A DNA stretch of 64,000 nt from Gemmatimonas sp. GTDB lineage: Bacteria; Gemmatimonadota; Gemmatimonadetes; Gemmatimonadales; Gemmatimonadaceae. Where the stretch lies: the NCBI GenBank assembly GCA_965279375.1, contig OZ257156.1, forward strand, positions 2,560,001 to 2,624,000, given 5' to 3'. Under the pieces are notes generated by a model. The model saw only the letters and a list, made by a program, of their open reading frames with translations. It did no database searches and was not told where the DNA came from. This document shows positions 35,801 through 44,161 of the stretch, piece by piece (position 1 is the first letter of the stretch; the number at the start of each line of letters is the position of its first letter). Both the position numbers and the translations under genes were made by a program.

Positions 35801-36698
35801 GCGCGGCGCGGTGGACTTGAATCGCATTGTCCGCGGTGTGCTGGACTTGCACGGCTTCCATTTCCGCGTGCACTCCATCGATATCGAGCTCGAACTTGCT
35901 GCTGCGCTGCCGACGATCTCGGTCGATGCGGTCGCGATGCAGCAAGTGATCCTCAATCTGCTGGCCAACGCCGAGGAAGCGCTGCGGGATTGGCACGGTC
36001 CTCGCACCGTTCGCGTGGAATCGCGGCATGAAGGTGAGCAACTGTTGCTGTCGGTGCGCGACACGGGTCCGGGCATCAGCGCCGACCCGCATGGTCGCGT
36101 CTTCGAACCGATGTTCAGCACGCGTGGCGTGCGCGGTCGCGGCTTCGGGCTCACGGTTGCACGAGCGATCGTGGAACGGCACGGCGGCTCGCTGCGTGCG
36201 GAGTCCACCGCAGGGCAGGGCGCCACCTTCACGCTCGCGCTGCCGGTAGCCGCGACGCAAGGATCGTCCACGTTCACCAGCGGCGGTCATCGTGCAGTTC
36301 CGCCGGTCCCGTCTCGCCGGTTGCTGCTCATCGAGGACGAGGCCACGTTGCGGGCGGCGATCAGTCGCTACCTCACGCGCGATGGCTATCATGTCGATGT
36401 GGCCGCCGGTGGTCGCGAGGCGCTCGCGTTGCTGGAAACGCAACGCTACGATCTCATTCTGCTGGATCTGCGCATGCAGGACATGCCGGGCGACGAGGTG
36501 TATCGGGCCATCGAGGCGATGGACATCGAGCAAGCGCATCAGGTGCTGTTCATCACCGGAGACCTGCATCGGCAGGAGGCGGCAGACTTCGTGCGCAGCA
36601 CCGGCCGCTCCGCACTCGCCAAGCCGTTCCAGTTGGCCGAGCTCGAAGCCCGCATCGTTCAGCTCATCGAACCATCCGACCCAGGGCAGTCTGCATGA
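32880..36698 (+). CDS. Hybrid sensor histidine kinase-like protein (GAF-GAF-PAS x3-HisKA-HATPase-REC), H-box His replaced by Asn
   Basis: GAF and PAS motifs, GVANELNNPL, QVILNLLANA, DTGPGI, FEPMFST, receiver LLDLRMQD..KPF. Confidence 0.9.
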   Translation: MHHTIDPYSPQVPPPHATPPQAHPPLSDAFDAIDAAGPAAARIRAAADVLVAFGFEHVAITLRDAALGTTVAVTLGVCEPGAPISEALQSLTGAVWRRRLAYLERTHSGDVYVLDGTDPWVAREFFGTDPDTRLDTTRWISTDLLLGLVRGHERELLGIVTLATPRSGERPNAEMLRDLATIVRHLGARIAYDALGGLAQQRAERLQRLQEAGAALARSLDEHEIMRELARQALRVTRADGVSISFPDLKQDILITAHSQVRGVDRQRGPSRLGDGIIAEVARTGRPVRVGDREADRARERAGLSLPLSMHDVVGDASPAASVLAVPLIAGIQLVGVLVVFAASREVYSAEDQEVLATMASQAATAIANARRYAESERERRQTEALAEVARAVSESLRLGEVLRLILRHAVALLGAEGACIALRHDDYLHIVAAVGAADVLAGVHLPVANSLLGHAVTTHERIVSNDFQLNPNASRAILHLADIQRTVIAPLVSGEGTIGAIAVINRDEPFRDDDGRILQRLADHVAVAIVNARLFEEVERATREWKLAFDSIASGVVVLDEWRKVRRCNARAAELCAGTIATLLGERFGEALLGDAGAREDHPLSMLISRSLEGELPVRDIIVDARNARLFEILVAPHPDGCVVTFDDVTSAHRLAEQHRRVLETVTDAIVITGLDGRIAFANPAAHELFAQPALLGSRASEFVAPESLSSVQSFERKSRAGATQSYECTVLRSDGAKRLVAVSSAPLVEVGKVTGTVASLRDLTDQRAEALALARSESRYQQLVESASDAIFTVDVQGNFTSVNQAMLTESGLTREELIGVSCTSLVDALDVPAVERLVAHIFAGGKDRLELRFRSRGGAMRVGTVTTAPILEDGVVVGALGILRDITEQEISRESSAQQERLASVGRMLSGVANELNNPLASLLAVAELEAATMAPQASHQPVIAQILDEAQRASRIVAQLLESTVSGGAERGAVDLNRIVRGVLDLHGFHFRVHSIDIELELAAALPTISVDAVAMQQVILNLLANAEEALRDWHGPRTVRVESRHEGEQLLLSVRDTGPGISADPHGRVFEPMFSTRGVRGRGFGLTVARAIVERHGGSLRAESTAGQGATFTLALPVAATQGSSTFTSGGHRAVPPVPSRRLLLIEDEATLRAAISRYLTRDGYHVDVAAGGREALALLETQRYDLILLDLRMQDMPGDEVYRAIEAMDIEQAHQVLFITGDLHRQEAADFVRSTGRSALAKPFQLAELEARIVQLIEPSDPGQSA

Positions 36699-37474
36699 CG
36701 CTCATGCCTTCCGCATGCAGCACAGGCGTCGCGACGCGCACGGTGCGCGCTGCCGTCGCGCCGCTTTTCGGCGAGCCGCGCATCAGCGCCTCCATGACGT
36801 CGCAACTGCTCGCCGGAGCGATGCTGACGGTGCTCGAAGACGGCGGTGACTGGCTGCGCGTGCGTGGCGCGGACGACTACGAAGGCTGGACGCACATCGG
36901 CTATCTCGCGACAAGTCGCGGTGACGAGTCCACGTGGCGCCTGTCGCTGGGTTGCACGGTGCGCGAACACGACGGTACCTCGCGCGCGCTGCCGCTGGGG
37001 GCGCGCCTGCATCCCGAGAGCGTGCTGCTACACGGTGACGCCATCACGGCCGAAGAGCAGCCGCATCGCTTTGCGCGAACGCCCGCGGCCATCGCAGCGA
37101 GCGCTGAACGACGCTTCGAGGGGTCGAGCTACCTGTGGGGCGGCGTTACACCATGGGGATGTGACTGCTCCGGCTTCGTGCAGCAGGTATATGCACTGCA
37201 CGGCGTCGCACTGCCACGCGACGCGTGGCAGCAGGCGCTGCTGGGTGACGCGGTGGCGCTCGGCGATCTCACGACACTCTCGCCGGCTGACCTGCTCTTC
37301 TTCTCAGACCGAGACGATCGGCGCGTGACGCACGTGGGCGTTGCGCTGAGCGATGGACAGATGGCGCACAGCGCACTCCGTCGCGGCGGCATCGCGATCG
37401 AGGCATTGGGCACCGACGATCCCTACGTCGCGCGTCTGCGCGTGCAGTGCACCGGCGTCCGACGGCTCCTGTAG
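36695..37474 (+). CDS. SH3 + NlpC/P60 (C40) peptidase, YkfC-like
   Basis: YLWGG..GCDCSG, LPRDAWQQ, DLLFF, VTHVG, AHS; no signal peptide; ATGA overlap with the kinase. Confidence 0.9.
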   Translation: MTLMPSACSTGVATRTVRAAVAPLFGEPRISASMTSQLLAGAMLTVLEDGGDWLRVRGADDYEGWTHIGYLATSRGDESTWRLSLGCTVREHDGTSRALPLGARLHPESVLLHGDAITAEEQPHRFARTPAAIAASAERRFEGSSYLWGGVTPWGCDCSGFVQQVYALHGVALPRDAWQQALLGDAVALGDLTTLSPADLLFFSDRDDRRVTHVGVALSDGQMAHSALRRGGIAIEALGTDDPYVARLRVQCTGVRRLL

Positions 37475-37527
37475 TCTGATGGCCTCTCTGTCACGCGCGC
37501 CGAGCACCGGGCCGCGCGTGACAGCTG

Positions 37528-37959
37528 CTAGCTGACCATCTGGCCTGCGGCAGGAGGGACCGTCGGCGCGACACCGCCGCGAACGTGCAGCAGCGCGGAC
37601 GCATGGCGGTGGTTCCCCAGATCGACATGCATCGTGTAGTCCCCCGGCACGTCGAGCGGCAGATCGAGCTGCACGATGATCGGCATGTCCATCTCGCCCT
37701 GTTGACCGGGCGCCGCGTTGATCGCCAGCTCCGCGGTGGACGACCAGAGCTCGACACCCTTGGGATTCATCCAGCGAAGCGACAGCGGGTAGGCCCCCGC
37801 TTCGGTCGTGGCCGCCTTGATGCGCACGACGAACGTGGCGCGCGGATGCAGGGCGGGAAATTGACCGACGTGCACGGCGTCGAAGACGCCGAGGACATTG
37901 AGCTTGCCTTCCTGCGAGAGGTTGGCTGCATCAGCGAAGAGCGCGAAGGAAACATGCAT
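37528..37959 (-). CDS. Conserved hypothetical protein (DUF6941-like)
   Basis: FADAA..GKLNVLGVFD..FPALHP pattern recalled for this family; TAGCTT box 6 nt upstream. Confidence 0.7.
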   Translation of the reverse strand: MHVSFALFADAANLSQEGKLNVLGVFDAVHVGQFPALHPRATFVVRIKAATTEAGAYPLSLRWMNPKGVELWSSTAELAINAAPGQQGEMDMPIIVQLDLPLDVPGDYTMHVDLGNHRHASALLHVRGGVAPTVPPAAGQMVS

Positions 37960-38004
37960 GGCGGGAAGCTACACCCTTGGGGGATCGCCTGCCTAGTTTT
38001 CGGG

Positions 38005-39015
38005 ATGTCATCCGCCGCCTCCTCAATCGCCGCTGAATCCTCCGCAGACGCGGCACCCTCGACGAGCGGCGCGAACGGAAACGGCACGCCAGCACGCGCG
38101 GCTTTCGGTGCGACGGACCTCGGCCTGATTCTGATGGCCACGATCTGGGGCGTGAACTACAGCGTCGTGAAGGTGGGACTGCAGGCCATGTCCCCGATCA
38201 CCTTCGGTGGCCTGCGCGTGCTGCTGGCGGCGGTGGTGTTGGCGTGCATCGCGGCGGCGACGCGTGCGCCGCTCCCTTCACGGCGAGATGTCTTCGCCCT
38301 GATGGGGCTCGGCTTGATCGGCAATGGCGTCTACCAACTGCTGTTCCTGATCGGCATGTCGCGCACGCCCGCAGGTGTGGCGGCGCTTCTGGTGGCCGCG
38401 AGCCCCGCCTACATCGCCATCATTCAGCGGCTGCTCGGACGCGAGCGACTCCCGATGCGCGGCTGGGTGGGCATCGCATTGCAGCTGTTGGGCGTGGCGT
38501 GCGTGGCCGGCAGCACACATGGAACGTCCACAAGCGGCGGCAACGCATTGCTGGGCACTGCCTTCATCGCGGCGGGCAGCATCACGTGGGCAGTCTTCAC
38601 CGTGTTCCTGCAGCCGTACACATCGCGAGTCCACCCGTTTCAGCTCTCGTCCATCACACTCGCCAGCGGCGCCGTGCTGTGCATGACCGTAGCCGCGCCG
38701 GGACTGCTCGCACTGAACTGGGGCGCCGTGCCGTTCAACGCGTGGTGGGCGATGCTGTACGCCAGCGTGGCATCGATGGTGATCGCCTATTTGCTCTACT
38801 ATCACGGCATTCGCGTGCTCGGAGCGACGCGCACCGCCGTGTACGCCAACCTGCAGCCGCTCATCGCACTCGCGGTGGCCGCCATCATGCTCAGCGAACG
38901 CCCAACCGGCTGGCAGCTGCTTGGCGCGACGCTCATCATGGGTGGATTGCTGATGTCCCGCACCGCGCGTGTCACGCCGACACCGGTGCGCTCCTCTGTC
39001 CCGGATCGTTCGTGA
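38005..39015 (+). CDS. DMT/EamA family transporter
   Basis: IWGVNY, about 10 TM helices, GATRTAVYANLQP, LSER. Confidence 0.9.
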   Translation: MSSAASSIAAESSADAAPSTSGANGNGTPARAAFGATDLGLILMATIWGVNYSVVKVGLQAMSPITFGGLRVLLAAVVLACIAAATRAPLPSRRDVFALMGLGLIGNGVYQLLFLIGMSRTPAGVAALLVAASPAYIAIIQRLLGRERLPMRGWVGIALQLLGVACVAGSTHGTSTSGGNALLGTAFIAAGSITWAVFTVFLQPYTSRVHPFQLSSITLASGAVLCMTVAAPGLLALNWGAVPFNAWWAMLYASVASMVIAYLLYYHGIRVLGATRTAVYANLQPLIALAVAAIMLSERPTGWQLLGATLIMGGLLMSRTARVTPTPVRSSVPDRS

Positions 39016-39701
39016 AGCTCGTTCTGTTCGACATCGATGGCACGTTGCTCTGGACCGACGGCGCCGGCCGTCGCGCCATGGAAGGCGCACTCACCGAGTG
39101 CTTCGGTGTCCCGGGCGATCCGACGTATCGCTACGACGGCAAAACGGATCGGCAGATTGCGCGAGAACAGATGCGCGCGGCCGGATTCGACGATGCCACC
39201 ATCGATCTGCGCATGACCGATCTGCTGCATGCCTATGCGGTGCGATTGCAGCAGTCGCTCGAGAGCGACAGCAGCGCCGCGCGCCTCTGCAGCGGCGTGC
39301 ATCCGCTGCTCGATGCGCTCGACGCGCACGACGGCGCGGAGTTGGGTCTGCTGACCGGCAACATCGAACTGGGTGCCCGACACAAGCTGCGTGCGGTGGG
39401 ATTGGAGTTCACGCGATTTCGCGTCAACGCCTTTGGCTCCGACCACGAGGAGCGTCCGCAGCTTCCCTCCGTCGCGCAGCGTCGCGCGCGCGACGTGATG
39501 GGGCTCGACCTCACTGGCCACGGACTCGTCATCATCGGCGACACGCCGGCTGACATCCACTGCGGCCGTTCGTTAGGCGTGCGGGCGATTGGCGTGGCCA
39601 CGGGGCGCTACAGCGTGGATGATCTGGCGGCGCACAGCCCGCATGCAGTCTTCCCCACGCTCGACGACACCGACGCGGTGCTCGCCGCGATTCTGGCCTG
39701 A
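39012..39701 (+). CDS. HAD hydrolase (phosphoglycolate phosphatase-like)
   Basis: LFDIDGTL, LLTGN, IIGDTPADI all intact; GTGA overlap with the DMT gene. Confidence 0.9.
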   Translation: MKLVLFDIDGTLLWTDGAGRRAMEGALTECFGVPGDPTYRYDGKTDRQIAREQMRAAGFDDATIDLRMTDLLHAYAVRLQQSLESDSSAARLCSGVHPLLDALDAHDGAELGLLTGNIELGARHKLRAVGLEFTRFRVNAFGSDHEERPQLPSVAQRRARDVMGLDLTGHGLVIIGDTPADIHCGRSLGVRAIGVATGRYSVDDLAAHSPHAVFPTLDDTDAVLAAILA

Positions 39702-39712
39702 CGCGCCCGATC

Positions 39713-40411
39713 GTGACCTACGCGAGCACGCAGGTGCAGGTGGTGGGCATCGTTCGCGGCCGCGAGGTCAACGCGCGCGCCGACGTGTCACTCGAGACCG
39801 ACGCGCTCGTGATCAGCTGGGCGCAGGCGACGCCGTGGCGCATCGCCTACGACGGCCTCGATGGCGTGGCGCACGGTGCGACGCAGCTCACGCTCTATCT
39901 CTCGAGCGGCGACGTGCTCGAACTCGATGGGGATGACAGTGTGCGCGGGCTCGCGTTGCAGCTCATCGATCGCGCGTGCACGATGCCGGAGCTCACGCGC
40001 GGCCTGCGCTCGCTCGGCTCGCGACGCGGGGCACCCGGTGCGGCGCACGACGCGTGGTTCGGGCCGTTGCTTGCGGCGCGGCGCGCAGTGGAAGGCGTCA
40101 GTGATGCGCAGCGTCAGCTGTTGCTGATCGATGGGGCGCAGCTCGGGCGTAACATGCAGCGCGCGATGGAAGAACTCGCGGCGCTCTCCGCGCCCGGCGA
40201 TGACGCTCGTCAGCGCGCCATCGAGGCGGCGATCGAGGAAGACGCGATCGATATGTTCGTCGCTCTGCAGCGACTCGCGCTCACGGCCGAAGCACTGCGT
40301 GGGAGTGCGCTCGATACGCGCTTCGCCGATTGGCGCCGCTGGGTGGACGCGTTACGCGAAGTGTTCGCTGAGGCTGATGAAGCCTGGGGGCGGTGCAGCA
40401 AGCTGCTCTAG
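39713..40411 (+). CDS. Hypothetical protein
   Basis: 232 aa ORF in operon context with typical codon usage; no family recognised. Confidence 0.7.
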   Translation: MTYASTQVQVVGIVRGREVNARADVSLETDALVISWAQATPWRIAYDGLDGVAHGATQLTLYLSSGDVLELDGDDSVRGLALQLIDRACTMPELTRGLRSLGSRRGAPGAAHDAWFGPLLAARRAVEGVSDAQRQLLLIDGAQLGRNMQRAMEELAALSAPGDDARQRAIEAAIEEDAIDMFVALQRLALTAEALRGSALDTRFADWRRWVDALREVFAEADEAWGRCSKLL

Positions 40412-40449
40412 TAAGCTGCTCTAGCAAGCTGCTCTAGCGAGCTGCTTTC
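40398..40449 (+). repeat. 13-bp tandem repeat, about 4 copies
   Basis: GCAAGCTGCTCTA / GTAAGCTGCTCTA / GCAAGCTGCTCTA / GCGAGCTGCTTTC. Confidence 0.85.
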
Positions 40450-40459
40450 GTACTCGCCT

Positions 40460-40597
40460 CTAGTGACCGCAGCCGCAGTCGCTGCCGCAACCAGACTTTG
40501 GCTTGCGCGCGGCCGCGAACGAGCGCCACGCGCGCATCGCGACGAATGCCGCTGCGGCCAACACGATCGTGCCGGTGATGATCAGGTCCGTGGTCAT
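40460..40597 (-). CDS. FeoB-associated Cys-rich membrane protein
   Basis: 45 aa, one TM helix, GCGSDCGCGH, directly after feoB. Confidence 0.85.
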   Translation of the reverse strand: MTTDLIITGTIVLAAAAFVAMRAWRSFAAARKPKSGCGSDCGCGH

Positions 40598-40616
40598 GCT
40601 CGGATTCCCCTCTGCA

Positions 40617-42806
40617 TCATGCGCCGAAGCCCAACGCCTTCCCGCCCGCGTAGACGATCCACGCCGAGCCGTAGGCCAGTCCCAACATGTAGCCAAACTG
40701 CAGCGCTGCCCAGCTCCAGCCGATCCGTCCGCCGCCAGCCTCACGCACGGTAACGGCGATCGTGCTCATGCACATCAGCGCAAAGACGTAGAACACCATC
40801 AGCCCCACCGCGATCAACGGCGTGTACACGAGCTTGCCGGTGATCGGGTTGCGTTCACGCACCAGCCGAGCCTGCAGCGCATCATCGTTGCCGCCGGCGT
40901 CGCCGACGCCGTAGATCGTGCCCATCGTGGAGACGAACACTTCACGCGCCGCGAAACTCGCGGCAATCGAGACGCCGATCTTCCAGTCGTACCCCAGTGG
41001 CCGCACGACGGGCTCGATCGCCTTGCCCACACGACCAAGCACCGAGTGCTCGAGCGCTTGCTCCTGCTGTGCAGCGAGCGGCAACGCGGGATCGATAGCC
41101 GCTTTGGGATACGTCCGCATCGCCCAGAGCACGATGGAGAGCGAAAGAATCACCGTGCCCGCACGGCGCAGAAACAGCTGACACCGTTGCACTACCGACA
41201 CCGCCAGCGAGCGCGGGCTCGGCCAGCGAAACGGCGGCAGTTCGAGAATCATCGGACGCACTGGCCCCTTGAGCAGGGTGCGCTTGAATATTGCCGCCAC
41301 CAGCAGTGCCACCACCGTGCCCAGCAGGTACATGAAGAGCATCGTCGCTCCCTGCAGCGTCACGCCGGGAATGAGCGACAGCGGCGGTACGAAGGCGCCA
41401 ATGAGCAGCGTGTACACCGGCAGCCGCGCCGAACAGCTCATCAGCGGCACCACCATGATGGTGGCCAGTCGATCCTTGGGATCCTCGATGGTGCGCGTGG
41501 CCATGATGCCGGGCACCGCGCAGGCGTAGCCCGAGAGCATGGGAATGAAACTCTTGCCGTGCAGCCCCACTTTGCGCATCACGCGGTCCATCAGATACGC
41601 GGCACGCGCCATGTAGCCTGAGTGCTCAAGCACACCGATGGCCGCGAAGAGAATCGCGATCTGCGGCAGAAATACCAGCACCGAGCCGACACCGGCGAAG
41701 ACGCCGTCCACCACGAGACTGCGCAGATCGCCATCGGGCAGCCATGTACCCAGCGCATTGCCAGCAGTCGCGATGAGGTACTCGATGCCATCACTCAACG
41801 GGGTGGCCCACGAGAAGACGGCCTGAAAGACCAGCACCATCACTATCAGAAAGAGCAGCGGGCCGTAGATGCGATGCAACGCCACCGCATCGATCCGATC
41901 GCTCAGCGAGCGACCGAGGTTCACGCGGCTCGTAACCGCACGTGCGATCACCTGCGCAATCCACGCGTAGCGCACTTCGGACTCGAAGCGTGCGGGCACA
42001 TAGCCGGCGGCGCGCAGCGCGTCTGTCGTGGCAGTGATCGTGGCAGCGAGTCCGGGGACATTGGCGAGATGCGCATCCGTGCGCGTCATGCCAAGCACGC
42101 GGAGCGCTTCCATCTGCGCGGCGGCCGGCGAAAGCCCGTCCGCTTCGAGACAGCGCTCGAGCGGGGCCATCGCTTCTGAGACGGCGGCCGAAAGCGCGAA
42201 ACGACGGACAGGCGCCGGCAACGTGGCGGCGATGAACAGCGCGCGCTTGAGCGGCTCCACGCCTTCGCCGCGCTTGGCGACCGTCGGCACGACCGGCACT
42301 CCGAGTTCGTGAATGAGCTCGGGAATGTCGATGGCCACGCCTTCGTCTTCGGCGACATCGAACTGATTGAGCGCGAGAACGACCGGAACGCCCAACTCCA
42401 TCACCTGACTGGCGAGGAAGAGATTGCGATCGAGATGCGCTGCATCGACCACGACGAGAATCACATCGGGGCGCCAGCGATCGGCGTCTCGACCGAGCAG
42501 CACCTCGAGCGCGATCTGCTCGTCAGGCGATCCCGCAGAGAGCGAGTAGCTGCCGGGCAGGTCGAGCACGGACACCTGCTGCCCTTCCGGGCCGCGGAAG
42601 GTGCCTTCGACTCGCTCCACGGTGACGCCGGCAAAGTTGCCGACGCGCTGACGAAGTCCGGTCAGCGCGTTGAAGAGCGTTGTCTTGCCGGTGTTCGGAT
42701 TGCCAATGATCGCGACGCGCAACGTTGCGCGATCAGCCGATGACGGGACGTGACGCTCTCCGGACTGCTGCGGCGCGGTCTCGGCCGATGATTCAAGGGG
42801 AGTCAC
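40617..42806 (-). CDS. feoB: Ferrous iron transporter B
   Basis: GNPNTGKT, VGNFAGVTVE, DLPGSYSL, GYACAVPGIMATR, CSARLPVY, ELPP. Confidence 0.97.
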   Translation of the reverse strand: MTPLESSAETAPQQSGERHVPSSADRATLRVAIIGNPNTGKTTLFNALTGLRQRVGNFAGVTVERVEGTFRGPEGQQVSVLDLPGSYSLSAGSPDEQIALEVLLGRDADRWRPDVILVVVDAAHLDRNLFLASQVMELGVPVVLALNQFDVAEDEGVAIDIPELIHELGVPVVPTVAKRGEGVEPLKRALFIAATLPAPVRRFALSAAVSEAMAPLERCLEADGLSPAAAQMEALRVLGMTRTDAHLANVPGLAATITATTDALRAAGYVPARFESEVRYAWIAQVIARAVTSRVNLGRSLSDRIDAVALHRIYGPLLFLIVMVLVFQAVFSWATPLSDGIEYLIATAGNALGTWLPDGDLRSLVVDGVFAGVGSVLVFLPQIAILFAAIGVLEHSGYMARAAYLMDRVMRKVGLHGKSFIPMLSGYACAVPGIMATRTIEDPKDRLATIMVVPLMSCSARLPVYTLLIGAFVPPLSLIPGVTLQGATMLFMYLLGTVVALLVAAIFKRTLLKGPVRPMILELPPFRWPSPRSLAVSVVQRCQLFLRRAGTVILSLSIVLWAMRTYPKAAIDPALPLAAQQEQALEHSVLGRVGKAIEPVVRPLGYDWKIGVSIAASFAAREVFVSTMGTIYGVGDAGGNDDALQARLVRERNPITGKLVYTPLIAVGLMVFYVFALMCMSTIAVTVREAGGGRIGWSWAALQFGYMLGLAYGSAWIVYAGGKALGFGA

Positions 42807-42849
42807 TGCATCGTCTCAACCGAGGCGACGAACGCCTCGGGGTGCCGAA

Positions 42850-43140
42850 TCAGGCTTTCGCCGACTGCGGCTGCACCGTGATGCCCGCCGTGATCGCAGC
42901 TCCGAGGGCAAGGCGCGTCCCGCGCACCTCGAGCAACATCGCGTGGCGAGAGTCGATCACGTTGACGCTGGTTCCTTCGCACAGACCGAGCGCGCGGAGA
43001 CGACAGGCCTCGTCCGCGGAACACTCGATGTCGACGACCGTCGCTCGACTTCCAGGACGGCACGCCGCCAGCGCGCACGTGGTGCGCGAGGGCGTGTTGT
43101 CAGAGGGCTGCAGCGTAGGAAGCGAGAGGACCGGAGGCAC
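42850..43140 (-). CDS. feoA: Ferrous iron transport protein A
   Basis: RLRALGLCEG..V..VRGTRLAL FeoA pattern, upstream of feoB. Confidence 0.9.
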   Translation of the reverse strand: MPPVLSLPTLQPSDNTPSRTTCALAACRPGSRATVVDIECSADEACRLRALGLCEGTSVNVIDSRHAMLLEVRGTRLALGAAITAGITVQPQSAKA

Positions 43141-43151
43141 GTGCCGTTAGA

Positions 43152-43166
43152 TGAGAATGTTTCTCA
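43152..43166. promoter_or_regulatory. Fur-like box upstream of feoA
   Basis: TGAGAAT-G-TTTCTCA, a 7-1-7 dyad similar to TGATAATnATTATCA, 12 bp upstream of feoA. Confidence 0.75.
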
Positions 43167-43179
43167 AACCCGATGATGG

Positions 43180-43209
43180 AGTATACAGTCGCGGGCTCGG
43201 CTGGTGCAA
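43180..43209 (-). promoter_or_regulatory. Sigma-70-type promoter of feoAB
   Basis: Minus strand TTGCAC, 18 nt spacer, TATACT. Confidence 0.65.
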
Positions 43210-43281
43210 TAGGGAGTGGAGCATTCGGGTAATACCCTGACGGTTCGGTCAGGGATTCCCTGAGCAGCTCGGGGTCTGCCG

Positions 43282-44136
43282 TTAGGCCGTCGCTACCGTG
43301 GCAGACGAGCCGCCCGCATCGGGGTTACGGCGCCACGCCATGATCGCCACACCGATGGTAAAGATCGTCACGGCAATGATCTGGGCCGACGTCAACCCGA
43401 CGATGCTGACCTGATCGTCCTTGGCGCGGAAGAACTCCACGATGAAGCGCTCGATGCCCGCCAGGACGCAGTACATGCCGAACAGCCAGCCTTCGCGCTG
43501 CTGGTGCCCCCGGAAGCGCCACAGGATGAGGAACATGATGAACCCCATCACGGTCTCGTAGATCTGAGTGGGATGCACGGCGATCACGGACGACGGGTCG
43601 GTGCCTTCCGGCAGCTTCACATGGAATTGCTGCTGCATGACGAGGGCGGTGGACGGCGGCGCCCCCTCGGGGAATCGCACCGAGAACGGTCCGCTCCAGG
43701 GGCGACCGTAGTCGTCGCCAACAGCCCAGCAACCGGTGCGCCCCACGGCATAGCCTGCGGCGATCGCGATACCGGCCACATCGGCGATGCGCAGGAAGCT
43801 CAGCTTCCGCCATTTGATGGTAAGCCAGCAGAGCAACACCGACCCGATGAACCCGCCCCAGAACACGAACCCGCCGCGGCTGAAGAACGCCGCCGGGTCG
43901 CCCGAGAGAATCACGTAGTAGGTCTTGGCCCCGATCAGCGTGCCGAGCAGCGCCGCCAGCACCACATCCGGCATGGCGTCGGATTCCTTGACGTGGCCGC
44001 GACGGGTCAGCTCCATCTGGCAGACGATCTGGGAAATCACGAACGCCGCCAGCACCGCCAGCCCGAAGCCGGTGATTTCGACCGGGCCGAAGAGGTGCAG
44101 TACTACTGGGTGATGGATAATCCCGTCGGGGTTCAT
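43282..44136 (-). CDS. lgt: Prolipoprotein diacylglyceryl transferase
   Basis: GFVFWGG, GRTGCWAVGDDYG, HPTQIYE, ERFIVEFFR. Confidence 0.92.
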   Translation of the reverse strand: MNPDGIIHHPVVLHLFGPVEITGFGLAVLAAFVISQIVCQMELTRRGHVKESDAMPDVVLAALLGTLIGAKTYYVILSGDPAAFFSRGGFVFWGGFIGSVLLCWLTIKWRKLSFLRIADVAGIAIAAGYAVGRTGCWAVGDDYGRPWSGPFSVRFPEGAPPSTALVMQQQFHVKLPEGTDPSSVIAVHPTQIYETVMGFIMFLILWRFRGHQQREGWLFGMYCVLAGIERFIVEFFRAKDDQVSIVGLTSAQIIAVTIFTIGVAIMAWRRNPDAGGSSATVATA

Positions 44137-44161
44137 GCGGCGGCGGACAGAGGAAGTGAGC

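Noticed and set aside
40398..40449. Mini CRISPR array
   Set aside because: The repeats are contiguous 13-mers with no spacers, and no cas genes are present.
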